Below are positions 61,359 through 64,000 of a DNA stretch of 64,000 bases, one piece after another. The position numbers and the translations under genes were made by a program. Source of the DNA: Clostridia bacterium (GTDB lineage Bacteria > Bacillota > Clostridia > Monoglobales > Monoglobaceae); the NCBI GenBank assembly GCA_045647905.1, contig JAZRMZ010000014.1:8303-72302 (forward strand), written 5' to 3'. Numbering within the stretch: the first letter of the stretch is position 1; the number at the start of each line of letters is the position of its first letter. The notes beneath the pieces are model-generated. The model was not told where the DNA came from. It saw only the letters and a list, made by a program, of their open reading frames with translations, and searched no databases.

Positions 61359-63296
61359 ATGAATAATCAATTAAAGAATGAAACAAGTCCATACCTTTTG
61401 CAGCACGCCCAAAACCCTGTGAATTGGTATCCGTGGTGCGAAGAGGCATTTTGCAGAGCAAAGGAAGAAAACAAGCCGGTTTTTTTGAGTATAGGTTACA
61501 GTACATGTCATTGGTGCCATGTTATGGCGCACGAAAGTTTTGAGGACAATAAAACGGCTGAAATTTTAAATAAACATTTTATTTCAATAAAGGTAGATCG
61601 TGAGGAACGTCCTGATATTGACAGTGTGTATATGTCTGTATGTCAGGCGTTTACAGGTGGTGGAGGTTGGCCTATGAGCGTATTTATGACATGGGATAAA
61701 AAACCGTTTTTTGCCGGCACGTATTTTCCTCCCCGTTCACAATACGGTATGCCGGGCTTTTCGGAGTTATTAAATACAATTATAAATCATTGGAATTCAA
61801 ATCAAGCAGACCTGTTGAAGTCGGCAGAAGAAATTATAGAGCATCTGAAAAATACACAGCCAGATGGAAAAAACCAAAACGGCAGCGACCTTATACAACA
61901 AGCGGTTCGGATTTTTGAGAAGACCTTTGACAGGTATAATGGCGGTTTTGGCGATGCCCCAAAATTTCCTACTCCACATAATCTGTTATTTTTGATGCTT
62001 TATGCAAAACAGAGCAATAATTCCAATGCTTTGAAAATGGCGGAAAAAACACTTATGCAAATGAGGAAGGGTGGAATTTTTGACCATATCGGCTATGGTT
62101 TTTCAAGATATTCCACCGATAAATACTATCTTGCGCCTCACTTTGAGAAAATGCTCTACGATAACGCTCTGTTGATAATAGCATATGCGGCGGCTTACAG
62201 TATAACCAATAACAAAATTTATCTTCATACCGCCGAAAAAACTGCGGAATATATTATAAATGAAATGACATCTGCAGACGGGGGATTTTATAGTGCTCAG
62301 GATGCTGACAGCGAAGGGGTTGAGGGAAAATATTACACCTTTTCGCTAAAAGAAATAATGAGTGTTTTGGGGGAAGATAAGGGCAGAAGGTTTGCCGAGG
62401 TTTTTGATATTACAGAGGAAGGTAATTTTGAGGGTGTGAATATTCCCAATCTTCTTAAAAGCAACGATTTGTCGGATGAATATCAGGATGAAATAAAAAA
62501 ACTGTACGGTTATCGCAAAAAACGTTTTAAGCTTCACCTTGATGATAAAATTCTATTATCGTGGAACTCTATAATGATTACGGCATTATCTGTGCTTTAT
62601 AGGGTTACTCGTGAACGCAAATATCTTAAAGTGTCGCAAGAAGCACAGAAGTTTATAGAAACAAATATGACTGAAGGATTAAGGCTTTACACAAGTTTTC
62701 GTGTCGGAAAGTGTTCAAAGTATGCCTTTTTTGATGATTATGCATTTTATATCACGGCTTTGATTGAGCTTTATAATTCGACGCTGGATATAACTTATCT
62801 TGAAAAAGCGGAAAATTTCTGTAAAGAAACGGTCAGACTGTTTATGGACCATAAAAACGGCGGTTTTTATCTTTCGGATCCTAAAAATTCGGAACTGTTT
62901 TTAAATCCAAAGGAAACTTACGACGGAGCAATTCCCAGCGGAAATTCAGTTATGGCATATAATTTGGTCAGATTGTACCAAATTTCAGAGAAGGAAGAGT
63001 ATAAGGAGCTTCTGGAAAAACAGATGATTTTTATGTCGGCTAAAACATATGAGTATCCGTCAGGCAACAGTATGTTTTTGATTGCAATGTTGTTATATCA
63101 AAACGATATGCCTCACATTACCATTGCACTAAAAGAGGATTCTGATTTGGAGCAAATAAGAGAACAATTACCTTTTTGGGCAAATGTATCTGTGGTGAAA
63201 GATAATAAAAAATATCCTGTTTTAAATGATCAGACAACCTTTTATGTATGTAAAAATCATAATTGTCTGCCCCCGACAAATGCGCTTGAAATCTGA
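61359..63296 (+). CDS. Thioredoxin-domain (DUF255) protein, YyaL/SPATA20-like, with a six-hairpin glycosidase-like C-terminal domain
   Basis: [17 protein letters not shown] and [16 protein letters not shown] signature. ATG 61359 follows GGAGGAA (track start 61290). Confidence 0.85.
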   Translation: MNNQLKNETSPYLLQHAQNPVNWYPWCEEAFCRAKEENKPVFLSIGYSTCHWCHVMAHESFEDNKTAEILNKHFISIKVDREERPDIDSVYMSVCQAFTGGGGWPMSVFMTWDKKPFFAGTYFPPRSQYGMPGFSELLNTIINHWNSNQADLLKSAEEIIEHLKNTQPDGKNQNGSDLIQQAVRIFEKTFDRYNGGFGDAPKFPTPHNLLFLMLYAKQSNNSNALKMAEKTLMQMRKGGIFDHIGYGFSRYSTDKYYLAPHFEKMLYDNALLIIAYAAAYSITNNKIYLHTAEKTAEYIINEMTSADGGFYSAQDADSEGVEGKYYTFSLKEIMSVLGEDKGRRFAEVFDITEEGNFEGVNIPNLLKSNDLSDEYQDEIKKLYGYRKKRFKLHLDDKILLSWNSIMITALSVLYRVTRERKYLKVSQEAQKFIETNMTEGLRLYTSFRVGKCSKYAFFDDYAFYITALIELYNSTLDITYLEKAENFCKETVRLFMDHKNGGFYLSDPKNSELFLNPKETYDGAIPSGNSVMAYNLVRLYQISEKEEYKELLEKQMIFMSAKTYEYPSGNSMFLIAMLLYQNDMPHITIALKEDSDLEQIREQLPFWANVSVVKDNKKYPVLNDQTTFYVCKNHNCLPPTNALEI

Positions 63297-63521
63297 TTAT
63301 GCAATATATACCGCATAGGAGTTATTTTTTTACCTGATTATAAATCAATGGATTAATTTCTGAATTGTTGAAGCGATGCGGATTTTGTCTTTTTGTTTTG
63401 CTTTTCTTTGAAAATTTCTGTTTTTTTCTGTGAAATGTGTTGACATTTTTTTGGTTTTGTGGTAGAATGGGTTTAATGAAAAAGCTGAAAAAGTATGACT
63501 TTTTGAAAGGAGTGGACGGTT

Positions 63522-64000
63522 ATGGCGAAGTATTATTCAAAAGAAATCGTAAAAAGCCCCCGTATTGACCGCTTGAAGGAAGCTTTGTTTGAAAAAGCTC
63601 CCGAAATTGAGGTTGAACGTGCGGTTTTGCTTACCGAATCCTATAAAAAAACAGAAGGAATGCCCACAATAACAAGAAGGGCAAAGGCTTTCAGACATAT
63701 TCTCGAAAACCTTCCTATTATTATACATGAGGACGAGCTTGTTGTTGGGAGTGCAACAAAGTCACAGCGTAGTTGTCAGATTTTCCCCGAATTTTCATTC
63801 CAGTGGATTGAGGATGAGTTTGACACTATTGAAACAAGAGCGGCTGATCCCTTTGTGTTGACCGAAGATTCAAAGAAGGCTTTGAAGGAGGTTTTTGCAT
63901 ACTGGAAGGGTAAAACCACAAGCGAACTTGCAACCTCTTATATGCGCCCCGAAACAATTGATGCAATCGGTGGTAATGTATTTACCCCCGGCAACTATTT
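63522..64000 (+). CDS. Glycyl radical enzyme, PFL2/glycerol-dehydratase-like family (5' part, runs off the window)
   Basis: Translated by hand because the frame is open to the window end: MAKYYSKEIVKSPRIDRLKEALFEKAPEIEVERAVLLTESYKKTEGMPTITRRAKAF...EDELVVGS. This is the typical N-terminus of this family. AAAGGAG RBS and an upstream TTGACA / TGgTAGAAT promoter. Confidence 0.75.
   Translation, partial: MAKYYSKEIVKSPRIDRLKEALFEKAPEIEVERAVLLTESYKKTEGMPTITRRAKAFRHILENLPIIIHEDELVVGSATKSQRSCQIFPEFSFQWIEDEFDTIETRAADPFVLTEDSKKALKEVFAYWKGKTTSELATSYMRPETIDAIGGNVFTPGNY

Noticed and set aside
60468-63296. Intact prophage or genomic island at tRNA-Lys.
   Set aside because: Only a ~50-residue integrase fragment remains. 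No attR-like repeat of the tRNA 3' end was seen. The following large gene is a conserved DUF255 thioredoxin-domain housekeeping-type protein.

Overview
This 64-kb window is a low-GC Firmicutes (Clostridia-like) chromosome segment, mostly core genes, and it spans the classical origin-of-replication gene neighbourhood.

Layout, left to right:
- 2-11797: a visibly AT-richer Wzx/Wzy-type surface-polysaccharide locus. It holds a CapD-like dehydratase, a small phosphoglycosyl transferase, a reductase/epimerase, glycosyltransferases, a pyruvyl transferase paired with an FrhB-like Fe-S protein, an EpsG/Wzy polymerase, a Wzx flippase and an NTP_transf_5 protein.
- 12-22 kb: housekeeping genes. These are pfk, an SDR, a preQ1-I riboswitch with queT, a YabE-like G5/3D protein, a TrmN6-like methyltransferase, rsmI, and a two-component system with htrA.
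- 21.8-29.7 kb, minus strand: nagA, a histidine phosphatase, and an argC-J-B-R-D-F operon with ARG boxes.
- 29.9-30.7 kb: a repeat-rich non-coding region.
- 30.7-38.7 kb: jag-yidC-yidD-rnpA-rpmH diverging from dnaA. Unusually, dnaA is followed by mnmE and a DnaD-domain/DnaI-like loader pair rather than dnaN.
- 38.7-54.6 kb: rnfCDGEAB, nrdR, rimP-nusA-ylxR-L7Ae-infB-rbfA-nrnA-truB-ribF, and an HD/dGTPase-like gene.
- 54.6-64 kb: tRNA-Ala, a decayed four-helix-bundle gene, a PhoP/PhoR-like system with a Na/Pi transporter and Pho-box-like repeats, a five-tRNA operon followed by an integrase fragment, a DUF255 thioredoxin-domain protein, and the 5' part of a glycyl-radical enzyme.

No rRNA, CRISPR array, intact mobile element or recognisable defence system was seen.

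The most interesting signal is non-coding. It is a three-copy family of ~146-160-nt units on the minus strand: two in tandem at 29.95-30.49 kb and one at 55.26-55.42 kb.
- Each copy has its own near-consensus sigma-A promoter and the same predicted start nucleotide.
- Each keeps helices that are maintained by compensatory substitutions between copies.
- Each ends in an identical intrinsic terminator.
I do not recognise it as a named RNA family.

A second signal is a short REP-like palindromic element (GTCATTCTGAGC-N5-6-CGAAGAATC) scattered through intergenic regions.

All calls come from reading the sequence and from family-level recognition of the translations. RNA and regulatory-site ends are accurate to a few nt. 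No database search, folding or statistics could be run.
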